Shown in pieces: positions 39,036 to 52,909 of a stretch of 64,000 nt of DNA. Within the stretch, counting starts at the first letter, position 1. Each line of letters starts with the position of its first letter. The DNA comes from Octopus sinensis (Eukaryota). A program made the position numbers and the translations under genes. The notes under the pieces are model-generated. The model was not told where the DNA came from. It was given only the letters and a program-made list of their open reading frames with translations, and did not search any database. The stretch lies in contig NC_043001.1 of the NCBI RefSeq assembly GCF_006345805.1, positions 57,412,001-57,476,000 of the forward strand, given 5' to 3'.

Positions 39036-40452
39036 GACATTTGCAGGTCTCGCCTGTTTTATTATTGTTGGAGAAACTAGAAGAAATGTATGGATGTTTC
39101 ACCTGTTTTGGGGTTACAGCATTTTAATTATAGGAACTAAGGTTTCTGTTTCGAGGAATTAAACCATTTCGAGGAGAGTGCTTGAAATCATAAAACCAAC
39201 TTCTGCGGAAATTATCTGAAATAAATATTTATAACCAAATACTTTGTATAGTAGCTATCACTAGCGAGAGATTTTCTTAATTATAAGATCATATGCTGCT
39301 TCGAGCTGTGTAAATCATGCCGAAGTATAAACGACAATTATGAATCTTTATGATGTTCAAAAATGACTGCGAGATTTCTTTTCATATACAGATGGTTGTA
39401 TGAAGATAATGCTATATAAAAGTAGAATATTTAAAGTGCATTTTTATCAGATGCCTAACATATTGCAGCTGGATACACAAGGCCGATAGACATCGTAGAC
39501 CTAGTATTCGAATTTGCGAGAAACATGCTAGTTATAGATATTCAATGACACATCATTTTATTCAAAGAAAATGTGGAAATGATTGCCAGAATAAATCCTA
39601 AGAATACGTAAAACACATAATATAATAAGCATGATATCACTTTTTTAAAACAGTTGTTCTTGAACGTCAGATAAAAATTAACATAATAGACCAATCGTTA
39701 CACAGTTTAACCTATAGTACAAATCTACTTTACCTCAAATATAGTATATCCATTATCATATGCACCTTTCCTTGTTTATGACAGAAGGATTTAATTTAAT
39801 GATGGTTTGACTGCTATTTTATTGCAGGACTAGTGATCGCGTACAGAATTATTGTTTGGCTCGACTTATATAATATATCTCTAGCTTCTGCTATCCCCCT
39901 TCCCTTCATTAGTACATAGGTCGTATAGCTATTCTAACACATATGGCCAATACTCTTCAATTCATAGCAATTTATCTTAATAATAGAAACCAATAAATCA
40001 ATAATTAATGGTATATTAGATATCAATATGTTATCATGTCTTTTGGATACTTTAGTTAATTTTACAGTTATTGATTTATCGGCACTCCACAACCGTACAT
40101 ATTAGTTGACTATCACTTTCAATATCTTCTGCCGTTCTAATTTTTTTGTACTTTCATTTCTTTTCTGGTGTCAGTCATGGGACTGCAGTCATGCGTCGGA
40201 GTAACTTCAGTCTTTTAATTGCACAGATCCACTCCAGTGTGGTTTCATTTTGTCGAAATCTTTAAATCAAATTACAAAATAATTTACGAGATATAAAAAT
40301 TACAAAAAGCAACACCTTTTGTTTGCTTTCGACAACACGTATCGAAATACACACGTAAACACATACATAGAGAAACACACAGAAACACAGACACACAGGC
40401 ACACAGAGAGACATACAGACGGAAACACATACGCACATTCAAGAACCCCTGT

Positions 40453-40454
<2 letters not shown>

Positions 40455-40532
<78 letters not shown>
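40455..40532. repeat. (TA)n microsatellite
   Basis: Direct inspection. Confidence 0.95.
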
Positions 40533-40533
<1 letters not shown>

Positions 40534-40688
40534 AAGAGTTCCCGGGTCATTTATGCTTAATATAAAATAACTCGTGAAGCGATACCATGTACTATTTGGC
40601 GAGAAACACACGAGTAATTTGTCGTTGTGAAGAATTCAGAAATTAGATTTGCCTGCACAGATCCATTCACCAGAACAATAACATTAGC

Positions 40689-41029
40689 GGAAACGTTAGT
40701 ACACCGGGCGAAATGCGTAGCCGTATTTTGTCTGTCGTTACGTTCTGAATTCAAATTCCGCCGAGGTCGACTTTGCCTTTCATCCTTTCGGGGTCGATAA
40801 ATTAATTACCAGTTAAGCACTGGGGTCGATATAATCGACTTAATCCGTTTATCTGTCATTGCTTGTCCTCTGTGTTTAGCCCGTTGTGAGTAGTAAACAA
40901 TTAGGTATTTCGTATGTTGCCTTTCATCCTTTCGTGTTCGATAAATAAAGTACCAGTTGTGTATGGTGTCGATCTAATCGAGTGGCCCTCTCCCCCAAAG
41001 TTTTGTGCCCTGTGCCTAGAATAGAAAAG
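40689..41029 (+). mobile_element. SINE family A dimer, slightly 5'-truncated, probable 12-bp TSD
   Basis: GGAAACGTTAGTACACCGGGCGAAATGC..GAATTCAAATTCCGCCGAGGTCGACTTTGCC; second unit follows TAGGTATTTCG. Flanks AATAACATTAGC (40677-40688) and AATAACATCAGC (41030-41041). Confidence 0.85.
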
Positions 41030-41246
41030 AATAACATCAGCAATGTCGTTCATTGTCCTCCGACACTTCTCATGCACAAGCTACAAGCTGGTGAATTTTC
41101 TCCTCATTTTGACCACAGATTAGTACGATGAAAGGCGAATTGTACTATCCGCAGTCTTATTCATAGCAATCGCCCTCGACCAATTCGAAATGTGGATGTC
41201 ACAAAGCTGAGGAACAATGAGAATTTAACCTCATTTCAAACAACCT

Positions 41247-42599
41247 GTGACAAACTTTCTAACATTTCAGACAACAGATATTAAATCAGCATGGTATCCC
41301 TTTAAAAATGCTGTATTTGAGCTATTTTGTGAAACACTTGGGTATGTTAAGAGGAAGCGCCAAGATTGGTTTGACTCATATGTTCCAAACATCGCTCCTC
41401 TTTTAAATAATATGCACAAGTGCCACTGTCAATGGATGTCAAATAGAAATAACGCCAGAAAACACAATGAGCTTAAAAAGGGCAGAAATACATGCCAATC
41501 TCAACTGAGACAAATGACACAGATATTGTGGCAAAGGAAGGCGCAAGAATTGCAAGATGCTGAGGACAGATGTGACTTCAAGTAATTCTACCAGAATTTA
41601 AAGGATGCTTTTGGACCTGTGTCTGGTGGCTCAACTCTCACACTTTTAACTGAAGGTAATCTTCTGACAATTAAAATGATCATGATGTGCTGGGTAGAGC
41701 ACTTTTCAAATGTTCTGAATATGGACGCAATTGTTGATGAACTGACCATCGATCTTCCACAAAGACCTGTCCTTGAAGAACTGTCAGTTGCTCCATCAAA
41801 TGCTGAAATTAAAACGGCCATAAAACAGCTCACGAATAGAAAGTCTCTTGGGAACGATGGCATACGAGTAGAGATATGTACTGGTATCAAATTATGTGAA
41901 CTCTCCTCATCAATCGGGAAATCGGGATCAGTCCCGCAGGAATTAAAAGACGCTTCTATTGTCCATCTTTATAAGCACATCGGTAACAAATATGAATGAC
42001 AACGATAGAGGTAATCTCCCCTTTGTGTGTTGCTGGGAGGACCTTGGAAGGGTTACCTTAAATAACTAAATGATGCCCTTGCCAGTTTAATGTTGCCTGA
42101 ATCTCAGTGTGGATTTCGGGTTGGTAGAGGCACAGTAGATGTTTTTAGCCTAAGGCAGCAGCAGAAAAACGCTCGTGAGCAAAACCAAGATCTGTTTGTC
42201 ACTTTTGTAGATTTAACTAAAGCTTTCGACACCGTATCTAGGGATGTTCTTTGGGTTGTCCTTAGAAAGCTAGGTGTTACAGAAATGATGCTCAATGTCA
42301 GCATTTCTTTCGATCAGTGGATGATGGATTTTGTCAGATAGAGCGGGGAAGTGTCCACTTCATTCACGGTTTCAAATGGTTGTGTTCTTGTACCACTCTT
42401 ATTTGCTTTGTATTTCTCCGTCACATTGGAAACAGCGTTCGAGGGTGTTCAAGAAAAAGCAAAGTTTAAGTACAGAAATGGCGGCTTATTCAACCATCAG
42501 CGCTTCAAAGCAAAAACTAAGACTTTGATGCAAACAGTTCAAGATTTGCTCTATGCAGACGATTGCGTACTTTTGGTACACACACTTTAGGACATGCAA
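41247..42599 (+). mobile_element. RTE (BovB-like) LINE, 5' part of RT region
   Basis: LGYVKRKRQDWFD; WVEHFSNVLN; KSLGNDGI; LPESQCGFRVGRGTVD; FVDLTKAFDTVSRD; DLLYADD (YADD at 42552-42563). Many stops and frameshifts. Confidence 0.92.
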
Positions 42600-44416
42600 T
42601 GGAGTCTCTCTTCGAAAATGAATTCTGATCCTTCTAAAAGGTTTGGGCATGTTGCGCAATTTGGTTGACTACATTTTTTCACTTTTGCGTCCGTTATTTC
42701 AGAAAATAATTTAGCCTGTGTGGCTTTTAATGATCTTATGTGTGTGTAAAATTTCCTAAAAGTTGGAGTCCTTAAGTAGCATTGGTAAATTTTGGATGAT
42801 GTGGTGAAGGTTTCTTTGTTTCTCAGGTTGTATGTGGATATATACGGCAGTATTTTCGGGGAAGGTGTGTTGATGTATAGAACTTTTCTTAAGGTTTGTA
42901 TGTCGATTTGTGTTGCACGTCTGATTCCATCCTCTATGAGTTGAACTGGGTAGTGTGTGTCAATTTGGGTGTTTTTCAGTTCTTGCAGTCTAAAGTCTCT
43001 CGTATTTTTTCTGACACTATTGTCCATATCCTTCTTGCAAGGTTGAGTGGGATATTTGTTTTGGTGTGTCTTGGGTGGCATGAATTAAATAGTAGATATT
43101 GTTTGGCATCTGTAGTTTTGTAAAATATGTCAATTTACATTTTTAGTTTTTTTTTTAATTATTGTATCCAAGAATGGGAGCTCATTTTCGTTGTACTCCA
43201 TTGTGAATTGTATGTTTGCGTTGACGCTGTTCAATAGTCCTTTGAATTTCAGGCGTTTGTCTGTGTTTTCATTCCAAGTATTAAATGGTCCTCTCGGAAT
43301 CCTTTCCAATTTTCTTTTATATATTAGGAAAGGGGGTTTCAAAAGGTAGATAAAGATTCCTGGTATATTATTATTTCCTGATAGACCTTTGTTATGTTCG
43401 CAATGACTGGAGCTGCTCTAGTGCCCATGGCAATTCAGGATTCTTGTCGATAAAACGTATTGCCAAACAGGAAGTGTTTATTTCGTAGGACGAATTCAAA
43501 CGATTCAATTATGAATTCTTGATTCTTTCTGGTATTCCTTCCGGGAATTGGTTCAGCCAGAACTGAATTGCCTGTAGCCCATAATTATGAGGTATATTGG
43601 TATATAAATTAATTACATCAAATGAAACCATGACTGTTTCTTCTTTGACTTATTTGGGAGGTGATTTAACATATCCAAGTCATCTCTGATATGGCTATTG
43701 ATGTGTTTAAGGAAGGGTTTCAGGAGGATGTCCATAAATTGTCTTAGTCTGTCTGTCTGTTTCACAGGCTGGGCCAGCTTTAATGGGTTGTAATTTTAGG
43801 TCCCCTGGGTTTGGTGTATGTATGTATGTCTTTGGTGATATTTTTAATGTTTTCATTTATAATCTGCCTTTTGAAAAGTATAAGCCAAAGCTTAACCATT
43901 TCAAACATCGTTAGATAAGGAACCTCACCCCATTGAAAAAATATAAAGCAAAACCTAACCACTTGTAACATTATATTCCTTCTAAACCAAATCACGTTAA
44001 ATTAATAAAGCCTAGTCATTCCCAACATTTTTGATTATCTCCCTTATACCAACAAAATCCCTGATTACCTCCCCCTGTCTGGAACTCCATATTTCACAAC
44101 ATAACGAAGAGATAACACAATGTAGGTAAAGAAATTTGAAAAGAAAATACGAAAACAGTTATTTCTCCAAAAGCAATGTTATTATACGCAAATTTTTATC
44201 ACATTTTTCTAACAAAAATATTTAAATATATTCTTTAACCATATAACACAAGCCTTCTGTAGTTTTTTCACTCTATTTTGTCTTTTATACATCAAACCAC
44301 GTGCTTTAACATACCAAATTTCTCATTATGTTAAATCACCTCCCAAAAAATTCAAGGAAGAAACAATCATGGTTTCATTTGATGTATTTAATTTATATAC
44401 CAGTATACCTCACAAT
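42600..44416 (-). mobile_element. Penelope-like element remnant inserted in RTE, with inverted (+) segments at ~43850-44416
   Basis: Minus strand LQPIKAGPACETDRL..DILLKPFLKHI..IRDDLDMLNHLP; IAMGTRAAPVIAN; ELPFLDT; RDFRLQELK..YPVQLIEDGI..ILPYISTYN; CSQPNCATCPNL. 44337-44416 (+) encodes MVSFDVFNLYTSIPH, an inverted relative of ~43590-43670. Confidence 0.85.
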
Positions 44417-44419
44417 TCA

Positions 44420-45360
44420 ACATCTCTATAAGAACAAAGCAACAGATATGTCTGTGATAATCATCGTGGAATATCGTTTCTGTATATAGGTGGAAAGATT
44501 CCCTGCAGAGGACAGCGGTTCACAATTTTCCTGACACTCCTATACAGGTTGATGGGAAAAGCCTAAATTATGTGAAGTCATTTACATATCTTGGTAGTAG
44601 AGTGAATTTCTGTACTTTCCTTGATGAATGATGAAATCATCAACCGTCTTGCAAAGGTAACCAATGCATTTGGCAAACTCTGTCATCACCTATTGAATGA
44701 AAGAAGCATCAAACTTGACACCAAAGTACGGGTCTATAAAGCAGCCATTCTTACTTCTCTCTTGTATGGCTCAAAATCACGATACCTTGTAGACGATACA
44801 TTAATCAATTAGAAATCCTCCACAAAAACTAAGGAAAATCTGCGGTTATTCACTATGACAAAGTTACTAATACCGATTGTTTGTTAAGTGGAATTGAGAG
44901 ATTCCTTATACAATCACCATTGTGCTGGGCTGGCCATGTCCTCAGAATGAGTGTCGAAACAATACACAAAGTCCTCATGTGCAGCCAACTTGAAGATGGG
45001 CACAGGAATATTGGTCGACTATTGCTCAGATATGAGGACAGGCTGAAGAGTAACCTCTTAGAGATGAAGATAGATCCAAACACCTTTGGGAAAACAGCCT
45101 TTGAACGAACAAAATGGAGATCGTTGTATCAAAATGGTATTAAAAACTTTGTTACAACTAGCATTATCAGGCTTCGGAGAAAAGCGGCTGCAAATAAACC
45201 ACCAGCACTGACCGGTAATCCTCATAATTTCAACATCTGTGGCCTCCTTTGAAAATCGTTGGCAGGACTTAAATTCACATTCGACTTAAGCATTATGACT
45301 GACAAAGAGAGATGTACGTTGTCAGAGCCCCATACATCGAAACCGACGGGCTTTTCCAGA
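44420..45360 (+). mobile_element. RTE (BovB-like) LINE, 3' part
   Basis: VDGKSLNYVKSFTYLGS; IINRLAKVTNAFGKL..TKVRVYKAAILTSLLYGS; LCWAGHVLRM..RYEDRLK..WRSL; ICGLL. 3' UTR contains ATCGAAACCGACGG. Confidence 0.9.
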
Positions 45361-48124
45361 GAGTCTGTCACACGAATTCATGTTACAGGTATTTGTAATC
45401 TTTGAAAACAATCTTTGAGCTTCGGAGTACACTGTAACGTGTCTGACATTAGCTACATAAATGAAAAGACGCATTGGTTATGAACAGTTAGAGCTTTTTG
45501 TATAAATGACCAAATTGTTTTTTTTCCATCACAGGGCTGTTATTGTGTCACATGTAGCTCAACAACTACATCAATAACAACAAAAGTAACAAATATTGGA
45601 TGGCTTCAATTAATATCTAACAATTCGTAGACAAAGATGATGGTTGTTGTGACAGGTGATCCTTTGCTTATACACATGAAATTGTCAGTGGAAATTTCCT
45701 GAGAAATGGTATCACAGGTTTTTTCTGTGTGTGGCAGAGGGATTTGGAAACAGGATACTTCGGCAAAGCTCAAAGCAAGATGCTGTAACAATTCGTCATA
45801 AGTAAAGTAATTTGTTCATCGATCTATAAGGGTTCAGAAGAGATTGTACTCGGGGAGATTTGAATTCTGAACGCAGGATGTCGAAACAAACAACACAAAT
45901 AATTCTAACCAACATTGTGATACTGCTAACTCTTCGTTTTCCAACAACGATCAAAGAGAAAATAAGTACGTACTGAATATTTTACTGAGTGCGACAATGA
46001 ATTAAAGGCTTGCATGTTGAAGGTCGTGGTCTGTACCCTAAGAGGAGAACTGCATTTTGTATTTGGCCTGACGCCATTTGTAATATGATAATTAACACTA
46101 AGCAGCGCAGTGTGGAAATCCGAAAATAGCTCGAACATAATGCAATTAAGGGATGCTTTCTAGGTTAGTCTTTTGTCCCTCATTTTTGGGGTAAATATAG
46201 CAGAAATTTATTTCAGAGTATTTGTTTAAAATAGTATCCCTACACGTGCGAAGATCAAGATTTTAAATTTTGCATGTTACTTATATAAGTCGAAGGGACT
46301 AGAAATCAATAAAAGCAACTATAAATTCCATTGAAAACATTGAAATATATTATAGAATACTAGCTGCATACTTTCTAACTAAATCAAAACGAAAAATATT
46401 ATCAAAAGTTTAAAAGTTTTTCACTGACTGAAACCATGACTATAGCAAAAGAGTTACAAATGTAAAATTTTAATCAGGTGAAATAAAACATGAAAATAAA
46501 TAGATAGTCATTTTTACACAAAGATGGAAAATATCATTAATCATGTAATTTTAAATATTGGCTTGATGTTTAATAAAAAGATATTAATAAAAATTATGTA
46601 TGAATGTCATTTTTATGTTATTACGTGTATATATGTAGTAAAAAAATAACATTAGAAAAAAATAAAGCCTTTCCTTACTTTTTGTTTCCTTTTCAATTAG
46701 TCATTTTGATAACATGGAAAATTTTCAGAAAATGATGAAATGTCAAAGCCAGTATTTCATTTATTTCTTTTTCATGCAATGTTTTAGCAAATTGGAAATT
46801 TTTTAGAAACTTTGTAAATAACAGAAAATCAAGAAGTAAATTGACCGTCCAATTGTGTCTTAATTAAAAGCTGTCCCTTTTTTTTTACCTTAGCATTTTA
46901 CATTTACTTCATTTACATTTTCTTTATAAGACTATCTGAATATTTAATGTCGATTTAAAAGAAATGATGGACTACAAAATTTTAGAACAAAATACACCAG
47001 TAATAAAAACCATTGAAGCATAAAAAAAAGTTGACAAAGAATATTGAATACATAAAACAAATATTTAAAAAAATCACCTAAATAAACATGTTTTAATCAA
47101 AGTCGGTTCGAGAGAAAGGAATTTATAAACTGATCTAATTATATTGAAAGCAAACAAGTCTAAAGTATAGAGAATTGAAAAAAATCAGCAATAAGAATAT
47201 TAATTCTCTTATCAAATACTATTACTAAGTAACAAAATGCAAAACAATTGCACAGATTCTATCAAGACGGCCATTACTCTGTGCAGAACTAAATCGTGTG
47301 CCTATTGTTCATTGTGGTAGATAATGATCTGCTAAAGTCAATTTACAAATTATATCCCATACTGTTTAAGGAAATTTTGTTTGAATAGTTAAGAGTTTCT
47401 ATCTTTTTCACCCAACAGTCGGTGAATTTGACATAGTTTTGCATTGCCGAAAAATGAAATTAACTGAGATAATTTAAAACTAATGAGTAATACCCTCTCT
47501 GGCAAAATTACAAAAGCAACGCAAAATAAAATACAATCCTGTAAAATAAAGTCAAATACATTAAAATAACGAAGCAACTAATAACAGAAAAGCAACTGGT
47601 GCCAAAGGACAAATGGTTTTCTGATATTTCAAGAAAGTGATAAATTGCTTGATCCGAGATAATGCCACAAATAAATTGAAATACGGAAACTACAGGAGAA
47701 AGAGGAATCTAAAAGATTTCTGAAGAAAAACAAATAACATCGAACAATTTTGGTCGCTTAGGTTTTAATTAATCTTCGTTCCTTTCCCTTTAGTTGCAAT
47801 GAGTATGCTGATTGATTTATTTTTTTGGATTCTACTATCCAATTTATTTAAAGTTTAAGTTTCATTAATGAAGCGAAAACGCAGAGTTCACAATGATTTG
47901 AAGGGATAAAATACGCCAAAATTTGTCTAAATGAAATAAAATAAAATCACTTGTAATAAATTAATTCCATACTTAGTGCTTCCAGCAGACGTCTTTATTG
48001 TTATTTCGAATGACATGTATTTTTACCAACTTAAATATCTCAAGCGAATTATCTACGGTGAGAGAATGAAAAGAAGAAAGAGAGGGAGAGAGAGAGTGCA
48101 AAAAAGACTGATAAACAGTCAGAG

Positions 48125-48160
<36 letters not shown>

Positions 48161-48929
48161 GGGTGGTTTGCAATATGAAACAATTGGAATTGCCCAATAA
48201 TTTGTCCAAATCAACCACACAAGTTACCTAATGTTATTATAATATAGACGGCGTAATATATTTTTCTATAGTGACATTTAAAAAAGTGTTCTTTAGTAAA
48301 AATAGTACAACCTCAGCTAGAATAACAGCCGTACAATATTTTAGTGACTGGTATTAATACCGTAGTATCTTACAAGATGAATTTAATAACAAGTGAATGA
48401 CAGTAAGCAAACCAATTCAAAAGCATATATTTGAAACGGTGCCACACGTCTGTTACGCAAATAATCGATCGTATCGACTCCGATAGAAAGGAAATGCTCA
48501 AATAAAAATCGACCCAATTTGTACGATGAACATGACTAGGTATAAGAAATTAATTCGATATATTACCTTATATATAGCCCTACCAACTAGCCAAACGTAA
48601 ACTGCTAAATATGATTTAACAGAATCAGCATTGAATATTTTAGGAAGGAAAACGGTGAAAGAAACAGATGGAGGCCTGAAAAATATCTAACGTTATTTTT
48701 GATGTCACCTTTCTTTATAGGCCGAGTTCAAATAGTACCACTATCAAATTTATATGTCACTCTCCGGAATTCATAATATAAGCTCACATCGATTAGCATA
48801 GAAGCTAATTTAATTCATTGCTCTCTTTATTAAAAATGTGTGGTACATTACAATATTCGTAATTTCAGATTATAGAAAATTATGGATGGCCGTCTTTCAA
48901 ATCCAGATGACGCAAGTTATTCTTTTATT

Positions 48930-48979
48930 CTTTTACTTGTTTCAGTCATTTGACTGTGGCCATGTTGGAGCACCGCCTT

Positions 48980-49047
<68 letters not shown>
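48930..49047 (-). mobile_element. SINE family B 3' fragment followed by (TA)n
   Basis: TTTTACTTGTTTCAGTCATTTGACTGTGGCCATGTTGGAGCACCGCC, then a TA array that hosts the Tc1. Confidence 0.75.
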
Positions 49048-49050
<3 letters not shown>

Positions 49051-50649
49051 TTGCGGCCAAAATGTTCAGAACGGCATTGTTTTCGTCAGAAAAGTAAGTT
49101 TAAGTTTTTATCAAAGTGATTTTATATTCTACAATTTTCATGACATTAATGTTATTAATTGTTATTGTCTGAGATTTTGGTATAATTTGAGAGGATAATT
49201 GAAAAGTTATGGATGATTTAGTGATTTACTGCAAAACCCATAGCAGCCAAAATTATCAGAACGGTTGAAAAAATAACAAAATAATAAAAAATGACAGAGA
49301 ATACTGGAATTATTTAATATTTGGTGTGAAGCCCTTTAGCTTCAATTACACTCTGGCATCTTTAACTGCATGAGGAAATTAAATTTTCAATTTCTTGCTG
49401 GGTGATCTTATTCCATTCTTCCTGAAGGGCATTCCATAATTGCTTAGTTGTTTTAGGATTTCTGGCTTTCGAATGTTCTCCTAGAATATTCCATACATTT
49501 TCAATAGGATTGAGATCTGGGCTTTGAGCAGGCCAATCCATAGCAATAACCTTTTCAGCTTTAAGGAAGTTCATGACCACCTTAGCCTTGTGGCATGGGG
49601 CATTGTCCTGCATGAATATGAGTGGTCGCTTAGTTGAATTTCTCAGCACAGGCAAGACATGATCTTTTACAAGTTGTTTATAAACACCTGCATTTACCTT
49701 TCCATGTAATCGCACCAAAGGGCCCACACCATCTCCAGATATCATACCTCAAACCATGACACTTCCTCCACCGAATTTAACACAAGTCTTAAGGTATTTA
49801 GGCGACAATTTTTCACCTACTTTTCTACGAACGTACATTTTCCCATCTGAGCCAGATAACATAAACTTAGATTCATCACTGAAATGCACCGTTTGCCATT
49901 TTTCTTGAGACCACAACACATGTTTGGTTGCAAAGGTAAGACGACACTTTTTATTCTTGGAGCTGATCAGTGGCTTCACTGCAGGTGCTCTTGCTTGTAG
50001 GTCATGTTCAACTAAACGACGAGACACAGTTTTTCGAGATAAAGTTTTCTTCAATACAATGCTCATTTTAAATCTGTCCTTTTTAACCAACTTTATCATA
50101 GCACGATCTTCTCTCTTGGTCGTTTTTTTTTTGGCCTACCTGTAAACTTTCTTGCTTCACACGAACCGCAATCATCGTAGACCTTAAGAATACCGTGTAC
50201 AAAACTTTTTGACTTGTTAACAATCTTTGCAATAGATCCAATACTTAAATTATCCTTCCTTCAAAGCTTAATAATCTGCTGACGAATTGGTAACGGAGTA
50301 AGTGGCATTATATTAACAAAGTACACTGCAAATATTCTTACTAATATCTAGTAAACGAACCGTCACGTAAACAAATTCAAAACATTAGAGTTCGCCGGTT
50401 AAATATACTAAAACACGGAGTAAAACAACCGTTCTGATCATTTTGGCCGCCATGGGCTTTGCAGTAAATCACTAAATCATCCATAACTTTTGTATTATCC
50501 TCTCAAATTACACCAAAATCTCAGACAATAACAAATTCTATCGTATTTATTGTCTGTGAAAATTATAGAATATAAAACAACTCTGATAAAAAATTATATC
50601 TACTTTTATGACGAAAACAATACCGTTCTGAACATTTTGGCTGCCTTTG
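49048..50649 (-). mobile_element. Full-length Tc1 (DD34E) transposon with ~220-bp IR/DR TIRs and TA target
   Basis: Ends TA|CAGTTGCGGCCAAAATGTTCAGAACGG and CCGTTCTGAACATTTTGGCTGCCTTTG|TA. TIRs ~49048-49267 and ~50426-50649, each with two ~22-bp direct repeats. Length 1602 bp. Confidence 0.96.
49315..50308 (-). pseudogene. Tc1 transposase pseudogene
   Basis: ATG at 50308 (MPLTPLPIRQQI); GRPK; HFSDESKF; FMQDNAPCH-[34 aa]-SPDLNPIENVW gives D-34-E spacing counted by hand. A few frameshifts. Confidence 0.95.
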
Positions 50650-50667
50650 TATATATATATAAGGTCT

Positions 50668-50830
50668 GATTTTAAGAGTAACGTAACCAGAAATAAACTT
50701 CTCTGGTCATCGACGTACATTGCGCTCATTCGCCACATTTTCACCAAGCTTCTTATTGATGTTTCACGCTGTCTGAGATGCTGTGATTCCACGACGGAAA
50801 TCATACTCATAAACAACACGATATTTTTTT
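50668..50830 (-). mobile_element. Mariner transposase N-terminal HTH fragment
   Basis: VVYEYDFRRGITASQTA*NINKKLGENVANERNVRR*PEKFISG resembles the mariner HTH. Confidence 0.65.
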
Positions 50831-52909
50831 ATCTATCCATGGGTTCACAAAAATTGATTTACAAGAGAAAACGACGCATAGTATAATCAAGCATCATGAA
50901 TTATATTTCAAAACTCGATGATATAACTTTTCAATGCTATAAAACAGGATTGTCAGGATAAAACATTAGAGTTAACGACTGTCAAACTTGGTGAATCACA
51001 AAATCGGACATTTCATTCTTAATAACCTGATATTTCTAGTCTAAGAGAAGAATTACTCGAGTCCTTAGGTACGACACTTTTGTACGTGCAATCAGCTGAG
51101 CTGGTGAAAATGAATATTATGAGTGACTGATTTGTTGATCAGCATCAGATTAGTGCGGTACCGTTAGTGAATTAGTGATTCTATTAAAAGATCCAAGGAA
51201 CGAAGAAGGACATGCACAGTGATATTCCGTTGTAACATATCTTTATGCTTAACTCTTTTATATCATTATCAAAACTGTTTACACTTCCAAATTAACAAAA
51301 TAGTTTATTACTACACAGTCGGTAACTGCGAAGTCTATGCGTGACCCATATATCCCTGCTGGTTGTTCGTGTACATATATACCTCCTACATCGGTGAGGT
51401 TTTTTAAAAGGTGACCCGAGTACACTTCAGAGTATGAGGATTGAAAAGACGGACAAATTGGTCAAATTGACATAATTAAGACGCTTTTTACATTTTTGAA
51501 ACTTGTCCAACACCATAGGAAAGAAAAAAATTGTAGATATGTAATCCTGTCTTTTTGTTTTTAATCATTAAAGGAAGTGGGATACAGAACTTAATTAATA
51601 TGCTTTTAGTGTAGGTTGACATTTATCAGTTTAAAAGCCGATGGATGAAAGTCCATGACCGGTCTTCATTCATCGCTGCTTAATCCAGTCTAGGAATTTA
51701 ACAATATTAAAAAATGTCAGCAAAGGTTCCCTTGCCAATGCACTAAAACATCTAGTCTACAAGAAGTGATACTTTCGTTGTCCCTGCTTCTCCTACCGAT
51801 AATTTAACATCTATTGCCTGCATTACTGAGCAATGTACTACATCCACCATGGTTCATTCCAAACGCCGTCTCCACTCTTCTTGTTATTGGTTAATGTTCC
51901 TATCCACAACCCACACTAACAACTTCTTTTACCAGTGCTCCTTTGTCTCTACTGCAATACTTCCTTCCTATGTTTGAAGAATGACATGAACCATATTTTA
52001 TTTCATGGGTTTCCTTTTGTCAGTGAAAACTGTGAGAAAAGTCATTTCCCCAAAATACTCGGTAACTGTACACAGCAATGTTTGCCCATACCTCACCCTG
52101 CTACTCTCTCCTATATATAAATATATTAGATTATGTTATGTTGTTTTATTTTTCAGAATGTTATAAATTAAAAGAAGAAAACTAAAATTAAGAATAGAAG
52201 ACGGAGATTCGAGTGAAAAATTGTTACGCAGTCATTAAATAAAGTTATTTAGTAACAGGCGGCCTTTTGTTCCAATCTTAACGATCGTTCTGAACTCCGA
52301 AGATGATGCAAAAATTCACCAAGAAAAACCTTCTATCTGTAAAGTCCGGGAATAAATGTGGTTCATGTCATTATTCAAGCATAAGAAGGAAATATTCCAG
52401 TAGAGACAAAGGAGCACTGGTAAAAGTTGTGGATAGGAATATTAACCGATATTCATTCAAAAGAATGAATATTTGTTTCGATTGTCAGAATTTATTGTTA
52501 CAAATGACGGGAGAGGTTTTATATGCGATGTATTTTAATAAGAGTTACAGATGATAAGGTAATTTTATGTTATTTTAAGTTGGAGGTGATGATTCCAAAA
52601 ATATAAAAAAAGGAAAACTATATGAGACATTGGTAAAAAGAGAATTACATTTCGCATTAAAGCTATTTAATTAGTGTTACTGGACACCACTCGTTCCTGA
52701 AATGTTATGTAACTGTCTATTTCTTTGAGAACCCAGTAATTAGCGTTAACTTTTTGTAATCAAACATATATTGAATTGGCTAAAAAGTCTGTTCGGCTTT
52801 TTAAGCGAAAACGAGACAAATTTTAAACACCAACAGATTAATTCAATCAGTGATATAATAAGCCTTTCTGTCCAGTAACTGCTGCCATCGTTTGGATAGA
52901 TCCAATATT

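Noticed and set aside
39465-39560. Frame AGYTRPIDIVDLVFEFARNML, resembling a nuclear-receptor ligand-binding helix
   Set aside because: The similarity is short, the downstream residues do not fit, and there is no convincing donor site or other receptor exon.
48640-48830. LYYEFRR on the minus strand, possible second mariner N-terminus
   Set aside because: Only a few residues match; too degraded to support as a feature.
51639-51675. 11-bp hairpin CGATGGATGAA/TTCATTCATCG
   Set aside because: Too short for a pre-miRNA, isolated, and expected by chance in 64 kb.
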